From positions 64,001 through 128,000 of the forward strand of contig CAWJSR010000055.1 of assembly GCA_963845515.1 (NCBI GenBank): a stretch of DNA of 64,000 nucleotides, read 5' to 3'. Shown here piece by piece: positions 46,640-56,760 of the stretch (the stretch's first letter is position 1; every line of letters starts with the position of its first letter). The position numbers and the translations under genes were made by a program. The DNA is from an uncultured delta proteobacterium (GTDB taxonomy: Bacteria > Myxococcota > Myxococcia > Myxococcales > Anaeromyxobacteraceae). Below the pieces are notes generated by a model. That model was not told where the DNA came from. It saw only the letters and a program-made list of their open reading frames with translations, and did not search any database.

Positions 46640-48830
46640 CGAAGTCCGACGGAGTGAACGCATGCTCACGGACGATCCAGGCCGGCGCAGCCGCCCGCCG
46701 GGGCTCGAACGCCACGTCGCCAGCGCCAGCGGCCCGCCGGAGCCATGCGATAGGGGTGAGTAACAGGAGGAACATCACGGAGAATCCGACCCGCCTGCCT
46801 CCCGCACCGATCGCTCGCGCGACAGCGTCCAGGCCAGCGACGATGGCGCGGGCCACCCGCGGGAGCGCCACGCCCGCGAGTAGAAGCACGGGGGCGACGA
46901 CACTGGCACCGTGCCACCTGACCCCGAGCCCCGCCAGGATCACCGTCACGACCCCGATCCGCTCGAGGTCGCGAGTCCGCACCGACGTGTCATCTCCGCG
47001 GCTGCCCCTCGCCTGCCCGCTCCCGATCTTCCACGGCGACATGAACGCCGGCTGCTGGTCCTTTCGAAAGAGGCAAGGCCCCATGACGAGGGCGTCCAGC
47101 TCGGTCCCCATGAAGCACCTGTAAGCGTCCTCCGGCGTGGTCACGATTGGCTCTCCCGCCACGTTGAAGCTCGTGTTGACCAGGACACCGCACCCGGTCG
47201 AGGCCTTGAAGGCGTCCAGCACCGCGGCGAAGACCGGGTTGACCGTACGTGACACGGTCTGGATACGCGCGGAGCCATCGACGTGCGTGACCGCCGGGAT
47301 GTCCGAGCGGGCCCCGTCCCCCGGAGCCGACGGTCCATGGCGGTGCACCTCCGCGACCGGCGCGGTGAGCAGCATGTACGGCGACGGACGATCTATGTCG
47401 AACCACTCGCGCGCATCCTCCGCGAGGACCGCCGGCGCGAACGGCCTGAACCCCTCGCGGTGCTTCACGGCGGCGTTCAGGCGCTGCTGCATCTCCGGAC
47501 GACGAGGATCGGCCAGGATCGAGCGGTTCCCCAGCGCGCGCGGTCCCCACTCGGCGCGCCCCTGGAACCACCCAAGCACGTTCCCGTCGGCCAGGAGGCC
47601 GGCCGCCGCCACGGCGGCGTCGGAGGCAGAGGCGAACCGCTCGAAGGGAGCGCCGAACCGGCGCGCGCAGCGCTCGATCTCCTCCGGCCCAAACGACGGG
47701 CCGAGGAGCGCCCCCTGCATCGCGTCGCCCGTCCCGGCGCTTCGAGGCGCTCCAAGGGCGACGTGATGCAGCGCCAGCGCCGCACCCAGGGCGCCCCCCG
47801 CGTCTCCCGCGGCCGGCTGGATCCAGATGTCCTCGAACAACCCGGCATCCAGGATCCGCCGGTTGGCGACGCAGTTCAGGGCGACTCCCCCGGCCAGGCA
47901 GAGCCGGCGCGACCCCGTGAGGCGGAGGGCCTCGCGCGCCATCCTCACGAGCGCCTCCTCGGTCACCCGCTGGGCGGCGAGCGCGAGGTCCCCGTGCTCC
48001 GCCTCTATCGGCGCGCCCGGGCGCCGCCGCGCCATTCCGAAGAGGGTCGCCCACTCGGCCTCGTCGATGGTCCTCCGCTCCTCGAGGAAGCGGAAGCGGC
48101 GCACGTCGAGCGCGAGCGCCCCGTCGTCCCCGACGGAGAGGAGCTCGGTCTCGATGACCCGACGGAAGCGGCGGAACCGATCGGAGGACTCGTCACCATA
48201 CGGCGCGAGCCCCATCACCTTGTACTCTCCGTCGTTGACGTCGAACCCGAGGAACCAGGTGATCGCCGAGTAGAAGAGCCCGAGGGAGTGCGGGAAGTGG
48301 AGCTCGCGCGCGACCGAGAGGGACGCGCAGTGCCCATGGCCGATCGAGGCGGTGGCCCATTCGCCCACGCCGTCGACGGTGAGGACGGCTGCCTCCTCGA
48401 ATGGGGACGGGAAGAAGGCGCTCGCGGCGTGGGAGAGGTGATGTTCAGAGAAGTAGAGGCGGGTCGCGGGAGCCGTGTCGCCGATCCTCGCGAGCTCCTC
48501 GCGGATCAGGAAGCGCGGGAGGAGCATCGGCCTCAGCGCCGCCGGCACGCCCGAGACGAACGCGCGAAGGCCGCGCGGGGCCACGGCATGGAAGCTCGCC
48601 ATCAACCGCTCGAACTTCAGGAGCGGCTTGTCGTAGAAGGCCACGGCGTCGATGTCCGAGAGATCGCGCCCCGCGTGGTCGAGGCAAGAGCGGATGGCCT
48701 GCGCCGGGAAGGAAGGATCGTGCCTCCTGCGGGAGAAGCGCTCCTCCTGCGCGGCGGCCGCAACCACGCCGTCCTCCAGGAGGACCGCCGCCGAGTCATG
48801 GTAGTAGGCTGAGATCCCGAGGATGCGCAT
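46626..48830 (-). CDS. O-carbamoyltransferase (NodU/CmcH/TobZ family) with fused SxtJ-like C-terminal membrane domain
   Basis: MRILGISAYYHDSAA, QEERFSR, EHHLSHAASAF, DGVGE, GGVALNC, GPRALGNRS, FRPFAP, NTSFN; hydrophobic tail ending LLTPIAWLRR...W..R. Confidence 0.92.
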   Translation of the reverse strand: MRILGISAYYHDSAAVLLEDGVVAAAAQEERFSRRRHDPSFPAQAIRSCLDHAGRDLSDIDAVAFYDKPLLKFERLMASFHAVAPRGLRAFVSGVPAALRPMLLPRFLIREELARIGDTAPATRLYFSEHHLSHAASAFFPSPFEEAAVLTVDGVGEWATASIGHGHCASLSVARELHFPHSLGLFYSAITWFLGFDVNDGEYKVMGLAPYGDESSDRFRRFRRVIETELLSVGDDGALALDVRRFRFLEERRTIDEAEWATLFGMARRRPGAPIEAEHGDLALAAQRVTEEALVRMAREALRLTGSRRLCLAGGVALNCVANRRILDAGLFEDIWIQPAAGDAGGALGAALALHHVALGAPRSAGTGDAMQGALLGPSFGPEEIERCARRFGAPFERFASASDAAVAAAGLLADGNVLGWFQGRAEWGPRALGNRSILADPRRPEMQQRLNAAVKHREGFRPFAPAVLAEDAREWFDIDRPSPYMLLTAPVAEVHRHGPSAPGDGARSDIPAVTHVDGSARIQTVSRTVNPVFAAVLDAFKASTGCGVLVNTSFNVAGEPIVTTPEDAYRCFMGTELDALVMGPCLFRKDQQPAFMSPWKIGSGQARGSRGDDTSVRTRDLERIGVVTVILAGLGVRWHGASVVAPVLLLAGVALPRVARAIVAGLDAVARAIGAGGRRVGFSVMFLLLLTPIAWLRRAAGAGDVAFEPRRAAAPAWIVREHAFTPSDFDGPG

Positions 48831-48910
48831 GGTGTGAGGCGCTGCGGAGCCACTATACCCTCGACCGCCCACTCCTGCCGCTCGCGCCCAGGCTGCCCCG
48901 CGAAGACGGG

Positions 48911-51219
48911 CTACGGCGGGCCGACCTCCAACGGCCTGCGCCGGCGCCGCTCCCGCTCCGCAACGAGACCGAGCGCCGCGACCGCGGTGAGCCCTGCTGC
49001 GCTGATCCACCACCCGACACGTATCTCGATCGGATCATAGCGCATCACCAGCCGATGCCTGCCAGGCGGCCACGCGACCGCGCGCACCAGGAGGTCCGCG
49101 GCCAGGATCGGCGTCTCCGCGCCGTCGATCCACGCGCGCCAACCGACCCAGAAGGCGTCGTTGACGACGAGGAGCGCTGGGCCGGACGCCTCCGCGTCGA
49201 TCCGCACCTCCTCGCGCCCGCGCGCCGTCGAGAGGACCTTCCCCGGCGCGGTCGCGGGCGCGGAGGGAGCCTCGACGACCACCTCCAGGTCGGCACCTCG
49301 GCGGATCAACTCCTCCACGCGCGCGTGAGCGTCCTCCGGACGTCCCACCCCCGTCGCCCTGGCGGCGAAGAAGGCCCATGGTCTGTGCGGGATGGCCCAC
49401 ACCTCGAAGCTGCCGAGCGCCTCCTCGCGCTGCACGAACTCCCCCCCATCGATCGCGGCCGCCGCGGCCGCCTCGCTCTCGGCGTCGAACACCGGCGAAA
49501 TGAGGACGTGCGTGGCAGCGTAGCGCCGCGCCGCGCGCAGAAACCCGCCGCCGAGCGTGAGCTGGAGGTTTTCGCACCGGCGAGGCTTGAACCCACCACA
49601 CTCCTTCAGCGAGTCGACCCCGAACGCCACGTTGGACGCCGGGTAGAGATGCGTGCGCCACGCGAGCGCGATCGCATCGATGCGGTCCAGCCCTGCCCCC
49701 GGCTTGAGCACCTGCTGGTAAGGGTGCACCAGGCGGGGAGCAGGTGACGTCGTCTCCAGGCGCAACTGCGGGACGATCTCGCGGACCTCGCGAACGCCGA
49801 AATGGGCCGCCGTCGGGATGGCCGCGGCGGGGGCGCAGCACGTCAGGAGCGCGAACGCGGCCGTCCTCAGCCGCGGCGCCTTCACGCGGTCCATGGCGAA
49901 GATCGCTCCCGCGCCGATCAGGGCGTGCGGGAGGCCACGCACGAGGTTCGCGCGGACGAACGCCCGCTTCTCACCGTTCCCGTCGATCAGCGCCTCCATC
50001 GCCTCCGGGGCCAGGACCGCTACTGCGAGCGCCGCCGCCGCCCCGACCATGACGAGCCCCAGGAGCCACGTCGCCGCGCGCGGGAGGCGCCGCCTGCCGA
50101 TGACGTCGATCCCGAGCGCCGCCGCAGCGGAGAGCGTCAGCGTCAGCGGCGCGGTCAGCTTCTCGCTGTACCGGAAGCGGCTCCACACCGGGACCGCGTC
50201 GAGCATCTGGCGCGCGCCGAGGTGGTGCCCGAGCGCGAGCCAGAGCAGCACGGCGCAGGACACCGCCAGGAGCACGGAGACGCGCCGGCGCTCCGCGAAG
50301 AGGCCCATCGCGGCGCACGCGGTGAGCGGCAGTCCGACGTAGAGGCTCTCCGCGAAGCGGCCCGGCAGCGCGCTTCCCGCGGCCGGCTCGATCGGAGGTG
50401 CCGTAGTCAGCTGCCCGCGGGAGACCCCGGGACGATCCACTCCACCAGGCGCGCGGGCTCCAGTGGCCACTGGATCTTCTCCCAGGGCAGCAGGTCCACC
50501 CCACGATACGTGTACTGCAACTCCTTCCAGGTTGCAGCGATCTGCACCCCGGCGAGCAGCGTGCCGGCGAGCATCCCGGCGAGCGCACGGAGGAGCCCTC
50601 GCCGCCCTCCCGCCTCGGCGGCGAGCGCCAGGCCGAGCCCGCCCGCGACCAGCGTCGCCTGCGTGTCCCCCGAGTAGAAGGCCACGCACGTCGCCGCCGC
50701 CGTCAGCACCGAACCCCAGGCGTTTCCCCCCCCCGCGACGCGCGCCGCGGCCATCAGCCAGGGCATGCTCGCGACGCCGGCGAGGAAGACCGGGTTGCCG
50801 GTCATCGACACGGAGTAGCCGGAGAGCGCGAACGCAAGCCCGCCGCCCGCCGCCGCGGTGGCGCTGCAACCGAGCGCCCGCGCGAGCGCAAACGCGCCGA
50901 GCGCCGCCATGACGAGGTAGCCAAGGAGCAGGGCGTCCATGGAGCGGGGCGCCATCGCGGCGCCGAGCAGGGACACGGGGTGCAGGACCGAATGGATCCC
51001 CTCGGCGAAGAGCGGCTTCCCCCCGCACTCGTGAGGATTCCAGAGGGGCAGCCGCCCCTCGCGGAGCGCGTCGACCACCAGAGGCCGGAGCGGCGCATAG
51101 AGGAAGTCCGTGTCGCGCCGCGAGAGGGTCCGGTGACCAAGGGTCGCCGGCGCGAAGACGAGCAGGACGACCGCGGCGATGCCCGCCGCCCACGCCGCGT
51201 GCTCGCGCCACCGGCTCAT
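48911..51219 (-). CDS. YfhO-like multi-TM membrane protein (GT-C-like), one frameshift near 50420
   Basis: LPLWNPHECGGKPLFAE, FAESLYVG, FRYSEK, LVVNDAFWVGWRAWIDG, GRHRLVMRYDP; paralog of 13567-15876. Confidence 0.85.
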
Positions 51220-52361
51220 CGCAAGGGCGCTCGCAGGCAGAGCGGCACGGCCGTCGCGGCGACCGCGGCGGCGTAAGTCCAGGCCAACCACTTTCCCCGA
51301 CGCAGGCGCGACGCCGCCGAGTCGACGGACCACGCGACGACCACCCAGGCGAACGGCAGCACCATCGCCGCCCCCTGGAACGCCGCCCGTGACCCCATCG
51401 CCACGAAGGGCGCGTACGCGCAGCAGAGCAGCCCCAACGTGAGCAGGACGGATCCCTCACGCCGGTCCACAACGCGCCAGCAGAGCGCGGCGAACGCCGG
51501 GAGGGTCGCCAGCCACGAGAGCGGGCTCGACCGCCCGCCATGCCAGGGCTGCACGAACCAGAGCAGCGGGCTCACGTCGACGGCCACCGGGTTCCCCACC
51601 CCCGCCCCTCCGAGCGCCGCCCGCCCGCGCGCGGGAAGCCAGAGCCAGTCCGCCAACGACGCGCCGCCCCTGACGAACGCCGGGGCGTACGTCGCGAAGT
51701 AGATCGCGAGAGGAACCGCGAGGAGCGCGGCCGCGATGAAGAGCCCTTCGGCGGCTCGGACCGCGGCCCCTGCGCGACGGTCCGAGAGCCGCGTCGCGGC
51801 GGCGTAGACCACCACGACGCCGATGGGAGCCGCGACCAGCAGGCTCGCGGAGAGCGCGAGCCCGAGCAGGGCCCCGGCGACGATCGCCGCAGCGCTTCGC
51901 CCGCCGTCGAGATGCTTGAGCACCACGGCCACCCCGGCCAGGAGGAAGAAGGCCGCGTGGACCTCCACCGCCCCGCCGCGGGAGAGGGCGACGTGGAGCG
52001 GATCGACCGCGACCAGCAGCGCGGCCAGTTGCGCCGCCTGGTCGGAGGAGGAGAGCCGTCTCGCCAGGAGCGCCACGAGCACTATCGTCAGTGTCCCGAG
52101 GAGCAACCCCGGCGCCCTCGCGCCGGCGACGCCTCCGAAGATCCTCTCCGACCCCCACGCCAACGCAAGGGGCAACGCCCCGGTGTGCAGCGGCACGGGG
52201 ATCCGCCCCTCCTCGACGAAGCGGCGGGCGGGCTCGAGCCCCGCGGCGGATGCGGCTGCGGCCGCGCCCGCGAAGCCGAGCCACCGCAGCGCTCCGCCCA
52301 TGACCGTGATGCCCGCGATCCCGGAGGCGAACGGGCCTGGACCGCTCCGCCAATCGGTCAT
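51216..52361 (-). CDS. PMT/ArnT-like GT-C membrane protein (degenerate)
   Basis: IFG....ARAPGLLLG, LLVAVDPLHVALSR, many TMs; coupled on both sides by ATGA overlaps. Confidence 0.65.
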   Translation of the reverse strand: MTDWRSGPGPFASGIAGITVMGGALRWLGFAGAAAAASAAGLEPARRFVEEGRIPVPLHTGALPLALAWGSERIFGGVAGARAPGLLLGTLTIVLVALLARRLSSSDQAAQLAALLVAVDPLHVALSRGGAVEVHAAFFLLAGVAVVLKHLDGGRSAAAIVAGALLGLALSASLLVAAPIGVVVVYAAATRLSDRRAGAAVRAAEGLFIAAALLAVPLAIYFATYAPAFVRGGASLADWLWLPARGRAALGGAGVGNPVAVDVSPLLWFVQPWHGGRSSPLSWLATLPAFAALCWRVVDRREGSVLLTLGLLCCAYAPFVAMGSRAAFQGAAMVLPFAWVVVAWSVDSAASRLRRGKWLAWTYAAAVAATAVPLCLRAPLR

Positions 52362-53080
52362 GGCCGGGCGCCCTTCTCCTCGAACGCTCGCCTGATCTCC
52401 GACGTCCCCGACATGATCTCTAGGAAGTCGGCCAGCTTGAGGCGCGCCGCGTCCGCGACGTCCGGGTTGTCCAGCGCGAAGGATGCCGTGAAGACGTCGG
52501 CGCGGAGCCCCGACGCCAGCAGCGCCCTCGCCAGCGCTGCGGGGTCCCCCACCGTGAACCAGGAGGCATCGACAGCCAGCACGACGGGCTCGCGCATCCG
52601 GGGCAACCGGGCACTGATCGTACGCTCCGGACTCGCGGCGTCGCTCACGTCCTCGAGCGGGCTGCCCCAGCGGATCCCGAAGCGGTCGCGGAACTCGTCG
52701 CCCGGCAGGACGTTGACGATGCGCCGCGCCAGGTGCTCCTGCGACGCGAGCCAAAGGTAGCTCCTGTGCGTGACGGCCGGCGGGGTGAACGTGCCGGCGG
52801 ATGGACGGACGGCCGGCTCAGGGGGCTCGAAGTGCAGGAAGCTCCCGAGGTGCACGACCACCCTTCCGTGCAGGCCACGCGCGTTCCACAGCCGCCACAG
52901 GTCGTCCGCGGTCGCCACCACATCGATGACGACGCGGTCGCGCGCGAGTTCGGCGGCCGCGCCCGCGCCCCGCGCCGCCGCGCCAGCGCGCTGGAGGCCG
53001 AGGAGCGTCCCGGCGCACAAGGCGATCAGCACGACGGCCAGCGCGGCTCGGCGCCCTGCGCTGGAAGGCTTACGCGGCAT
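52358..53080 (-). CDS. Hypothetical exported or membrane-anchored protein
   Basis: N-terminal hydrophobic helix; GLHGRVVVHLGSFLH motif; sits within the operon. Confidence 0.6.
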   Translation of the reverse strand: MPRKPSSAGRRAALAVVLIALCAGTLLGLQRAGAAARGAGAAAELARDRVVIDVVATADDLWRLWNARGLHGRVVVHLGSFLHFEPPEPAVRPSAGTFTPPAVTHRSYLWLASQEHLARRIVNVLPGDEFRDRFGIRWGSPLEDVSDAASPERTISARLPRMREPVVLAVDASWFTVGDPAALARALLASGLRADVFTASFALDNPDVADAARLKLADFLEIMSGTSEIRRAFEEKGARP

Positions 53081-54431
53081 CGCCCGTACCGTCCCGAAGC
53101 GAGCGCTCGAGCTCCGCCAGGAGCAGCTCCGCCTCGTCCTCGAACAGGGCCCTGAAGTACTCCGCTCGCCCGGCGATCTCCAGCGTCTCCGCGCCCTCCA
53201 CGCCACCGGGCCGGACGACGTACTCCCGCCTGTAGAGGATGAACCTAGCCACCAGCGCCACGGCGCCGAGCCCGAAGCCGCTCCAGATCACCCCCAGCCC
53301 GCGCTCGGCGCGGACGTACAGGGTCACCCAGTATCGCCAATCGGCGAAGGTGATGGTGTAGGGCCCGAAGCGGGCGCTCTCGCCGGGCCGCAGTGTCTGG
53401 GCGATCCGCTTACCGAATTGGTTCGCGACGGTGAGGGAGAGAGCGGGGTCCAGCGGCTCGAGAGAGCGGGTCCGCTCGCCCTCCGCGTCCCGCACGTAGT
53501 CCGGGAAGAACTGGGCCGTCCAGGCCCAGTCCAGCAGCCTGAAGGGTTCACGCTTCCCCGCGGCGATGTCGAGCCGCATCCACCCGCCGAACACCTCGGT
53601 CCCCGCTGCGTCCCGGATGATGAGGAGCGGCGCGACGCCGAGCCGCTTGAACACCACCGAGGCGTCCCCGACCTCGTAGGGGTCGTTGATCCCGAAGTCG
53701 TGGCTTCCGAACCGATCGTCCCGGATCTTCAGGCGAAGCCCCGTCGCGACGCGCCCCTCCTGCCGCGGCGTCACCGTCTCGAGCGTGAAGCGAACCACGG
53801 GAGGCTCGCCCACGCGCGGCAGCACGGGCGGGCGCGCGTACTGCTCCAGCGCGCCACTGAAACTCTCACCGGGGCCGAGCTCCACGATCCCCTCGAACCG
53901 GGTGTAGAGGCTCGCCGCCGCGCCGACGGCCACAAACAGGAACGAGAGGTGAAACGCGAGCGTGGCGGCGGGCGCGAACCGGTAGCGGACGGCACGCAGG
54001 GCGCCGTCGCGCGACAACAGGTGGAAGCCGCGCGCCGCAAAGAAGGCGCCGGCCTCCTCGAGGGCGCCGCGGCCGGCCGCGAGGCTCCGCCGCACCGAGA
54101 ACCCTTGCGCCGTGGCGGGATCCGGGATCGGCCGATCGACGCGCACCCGCTCGAGCGTCAAGGGGACGCGGCGAGACATGACGACCACCAGGTTCAGGAA
54201 GAAGAGCGACCAGAGCGCGATCGCGAGGGGAGAGCGGTAGACGTCGGTGAGCTGCATGGCCTCCAGGAGGCCCACGAGCCTCGGGCTCCCCTGGCTCCAC
54301 GCGGCGTAGGCCTCCCCCTGGAGCACCGCCCGCTGCGGGATGGCGAGCCCCGCGCCGAAAAGCGCCACCAGCCCGATCAGCACCCCCAGCGTGAGCCGGA
54401 GCGAGCCGAGGAGATCGAGCGCGCGCCTCAA
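53070..54431 (-). CDS. resB: ResB/CcsB-like cytochrome c biogenesis protein
   Basis: TTG start overlapping the upstream TGA; LGSLRLT...AIPQ, LTDVYRSP, TLAFHLSF (TM3 His), INDP, C-terminal TM. Confidence 0.8.
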   Translation of the reverse strand: MRRALDLLGSLRLTLGVLIGLVALFGAGLAIPQRAVLQGEAYAAWSQGSPRLVGLLEAMQLTDVYRSPLAIALWSLFFLNLVVVMSRRVPLTLERVRVDRPIPDPATAQGFSVRRSLAAGRGALEEAGAFFAARGFHLLSRDGALRAVRYRFAPAATLAFHLSFLFVAVGAAASLYTRFEGIVELGPGESFSGALEQYARPPVLPRVGEPPVVRFTLETVTPRQEGRVATGLRLKIRDDRFGSHDFGINDPYEVGDASVVFKRLGVAPLLIIRDAAGTEVFGGWMRLDIAAGKREPFRLLDWAWTAQFFPDYVRDAEGERTRSLEPLDPALSLTVANQFGKRIAQTLRPGESARFGPYTITFADWRYWVTLYVRAERGLGVIWSGFGLGAVALVARFILYRREYVVRPGGVEGAETLEIAGRAEYFRALFEDEAELLLAELERSLRDGTGDAA

Positions 54432-55330
54432 GAAGCGCTCCGCCGCGCACGCCAGGCCAGGGCTCCGGCAGCGGATGCCAGGAGCGCTGCCACCCCGAGC
54501 AGCCACGAACGCGGCTCCCTCCTGACGTCGACGCGTAGCCACGCGGGCCCGCCCGTGAACCTGAACCGCAGCCCCTCGAACTCGACCTCCTCCGCGTCCG
54601 AGACGTCGCGCTCCAACAGCCGGGTCTTGCCTCGCTGCACGCGGAGGTGGAGCTTCGTTGGAGTGATCGAATCCTGCCCCGTGGGGACCGAGACGTAGAG
54701 CCGATGTGGCAGGACTCCCAGTCCCAGGTACTCCCTGGAGCCAGGCGAGAGCTTCACGAACCCCTCGACCTCCGTCGTGCCGTCGCGGCGCGCCACGACG
54801 CACAGCGGGGCCGGATACGGGCCGCGGACAACGACCGTCAGCCCCGCGCCCAGGTCGGCTCGCCTCCCAGGTTGAACGTGACGGACGCGCCCGTCGACGT
54901 TCAGGTCCACGCCGCCATCCTCGCCGAGCGCCACCTCTCCCACCGAGATCACCGGAACCAGCGCCAGTGCACCGCGAGCCAGGGCGCGCCAAGGGGCGTC
55001 CTCCTCGTGCTCGCCCAGATCGAGCCTTCCCTCCAGCCTTCCCGCCGACCAGACGGCCGGCTGCACGAGCAGGCAAAGCGCAGCGCTCCAGCCGAGGAGC
55101 GCCACGGCGCTGCGGGCACGAACGGCCGACGCGATCGAGCACAGGAGCGCACCGCCCAGCCCGAGCTCCCACGCCCGCACGGACCACGCCGCCAGGGCGC
55201 GAGCCCCGTCCAACCGCCCAGCGGCCACGAGGGCCGCGACGAAAACTAGGGGCAACCCGAGCGGCGCGAGGACTCGAGGCGAGCCGGCGCTGCGGACGAT
55301 CCGCCAGCCGCGATCGGTGGCCAGCCTCAC
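54428..55330 (-). CDS. Hypothetical membrane protein, possibly a degenerate ResB-like protein
   Basis: Three N-terminal TMs, EGRLDLGE, beta-rich periplasmic region, VRREP + C-terminal TM; GTG overlaps the upstream TGA. Confidence 0.6.
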   Translation of the reverse strand: MRLATDRGWRIVRSAGSPRVLAPLGLPLVFVAALVAAGRLDGARALAAWSVRAWELGLGGALLCSIASAVRARSAVALLGWSAALCLLVQPAVWSAGRLEGRLDLGEHEEDAPWRALARGALALVPVISVGEVALGEDGGVDLNVDGRVRHVQPGRRADLGAGLTVVVRGPYPAPLCVVARRDGTTEVEGFVKLSPGSREYLGLGVLPHRLYVSVPTGQDSITPTKLHLRVQRGKTRLLERDVSDAEEVEFEGLRFRFTGGPAWLRVDVRREPRSWLLGVAALLASAAGALAWRARRSAS

Positions 55331-55878
55331 GGCGCCTCCCCGCCGCCGGCGCCCTTTGCCGGCTCCTCCGCGAGGTCCCAGGCGCCGACGACCCATGCGC
55401 CACGGATCCTGGCGAACACGTACCGGAACGCCTGGCTACTGCCGCGCGCGCCAAGGATCGGCGACCGGTCGGCGGCGCGCTGCGTCTCGGTGTTCCAGTC
55501 CTCCTGCACGACGGCAGTAACGACGTCCGGAGCGGTGGCGGTGGCCTCCAACAGGGTCGCGCTCGCGAGGTCGTGAACCTGGACGAGCCCGGCGTCACGG
55601 AGAAAGCCGATCTCGCGGAAGATCTCGTGCTTCACCGGGGCGGTGGCCGGGAAGTCGTTGAGCAGGTCGGGGGTACCGCCGCTCGCAAAGAGGTCCTGGT
55701 AGATGTCGAGGTAGGCTTCTAGCGCCGCCTCCACCTCGTCACGCTCGCGAGCGGCCAGAGGCGCTGGGTAGCGTTGCCGCCCGGCCAACCCGTCGACCCG
55801 CCAGGCCACCGCGCCGAACGCCGCGACGCTCAGAGCGGCCCAGACGATGCCCAGCCAGTGCGCGCCGCAAGGTCTCAT
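55327..55878 (-). CDS. Hypothetical membrane-anchored periplasmic protein (NTF2-like fold possible)
   Basis: ATG overlaps the ccsA TGA; N-terminal TM; AVVQEDW...FRYVF...GAWVV. Confidence 0.6.
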   Translation of the reverse strand: MRPCGAHWLGIVWAALSVAAFGAVAWRVDGLAGRQRYPAPLAARERDEVEAALEAYLDIYQDLFASGGTPDLLNDFPATAPVKHEIFREIGFLRDAGLVQVHDLASATLLEATATAPDVVTAVVQEDWNTETQRAADRSPILGARGSSQAFRYVFARIRGAWVVGAWDLAEEPAKGAGGGEAP

Positions 55879-56711
55879 CGCACGTTGAAGAAATGGCTCG
55901 AGGTCTCGACGACGAAGGTGACGCCGAACGCCGTGATGATCATCCCTGCGATCGCCAGGACCGCGAGCCGCGCGAACGCCGCGCCACGCCAGCCGCGGGT
56001 GACGCGGAGGTGAATTGCGATCCCGTAGGTCACCCACGTGATGAGCGACCAGGTCTCGACGGGGTCCCACGACCAATACGCGCCCCAGAGATCCTTTGCC
56101 CAGATCGCGCCCGACGCGATCATCACCGCATCCGCGATGAAGCCCAGGATGATCCACCTGAAGACGAGTTCGTCCAGTCTGTCCAGCGAGGGGAAGCGCC
56201 CGTACACGGGGTTGGGATCCGGGCGCGAAGCGTCGCGCCGCTTCAGGAGCCACGCGATCCCCCCCGCCATCGCGAGCGCGTAGCCGCCAAACGCGATCCA
56301 CGCGAACATCACGTGGACGTAGAGCCACGTAGACTTGAGCGACACCGCGAGCGGGGTGAGCGCCGGCTCGCGCATCGCCCCGTAGCCCATGATCAGGAAG
56401 GACAGCGGCAGGGTGGCGACGGCAAGCACCTCCAGCCCGCGACGCCGCCAGGCGACCCAGAGCGTGGCCGCGACGATGAACCACGCGCCCAGGAGGCCGT
56501 TCTCGTAGTCGCCCGCCCACGGCAGGTGGCGCTGCGCGGCGTACCTCGCCGCGATGGCGCCCGTGTGCGCGACCAGGCCGACGGCGGCGACCCGGATCGC
56601 CCTCGGGAGCATCCGCTCCGATCGGAAGACGATCGCGTAGACGAGGCCGCCTGTCGCGACGGCGTAAACCAGCACGGCGGCCCAGAAGAGGATGTTCTCG
56701 ATGGGGGACAT
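55875..56711 (-). CDS. ccsA: System II cytochrome c synthase subunit CcsA/ResC
   Basis: LKSTWLYVH, GAIWAKDLWGAYWSWDPVETWSLITW...IHLR, terminal SH. Confidence 0.92.
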   Translation of the reverse strand: MSPIENILFWAAVLVYAVATGGLVYAIVFRSERMLPRAIRVAAVGLVAHTGAIAARYAAQRHLPWAGDYENGLLGAWFIVAATLWVAWRRRGLEVLAVATLPLSFLIMGYGAMREPALTPLAVSLKSTWLYVHVMFAWIAFGGYALAMAGGIAWLLKRRDASRPDPNPVYGRFPSLDRLDELVFRWIILGFIADAVMIASGAIWAKDLWGAYWSWDPVETWSLITWVTYGIAIHLRVTRGWRGAAFARLAVLAIAGMIITAFGVTFVVETSSHFFNVR

Positions 56712-56760
56712 TGGACTCAGCGGCGCTGCCCTACGGACGACGATACCACGACGTCCGGCC

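Noticed and set aside
45330..48830. Saxitoxin biosynthesis (sxtIJK-like genes)
   Set aside because: No sxtA, sxtG or other core genes; this module is widespread in surface-modification loci.
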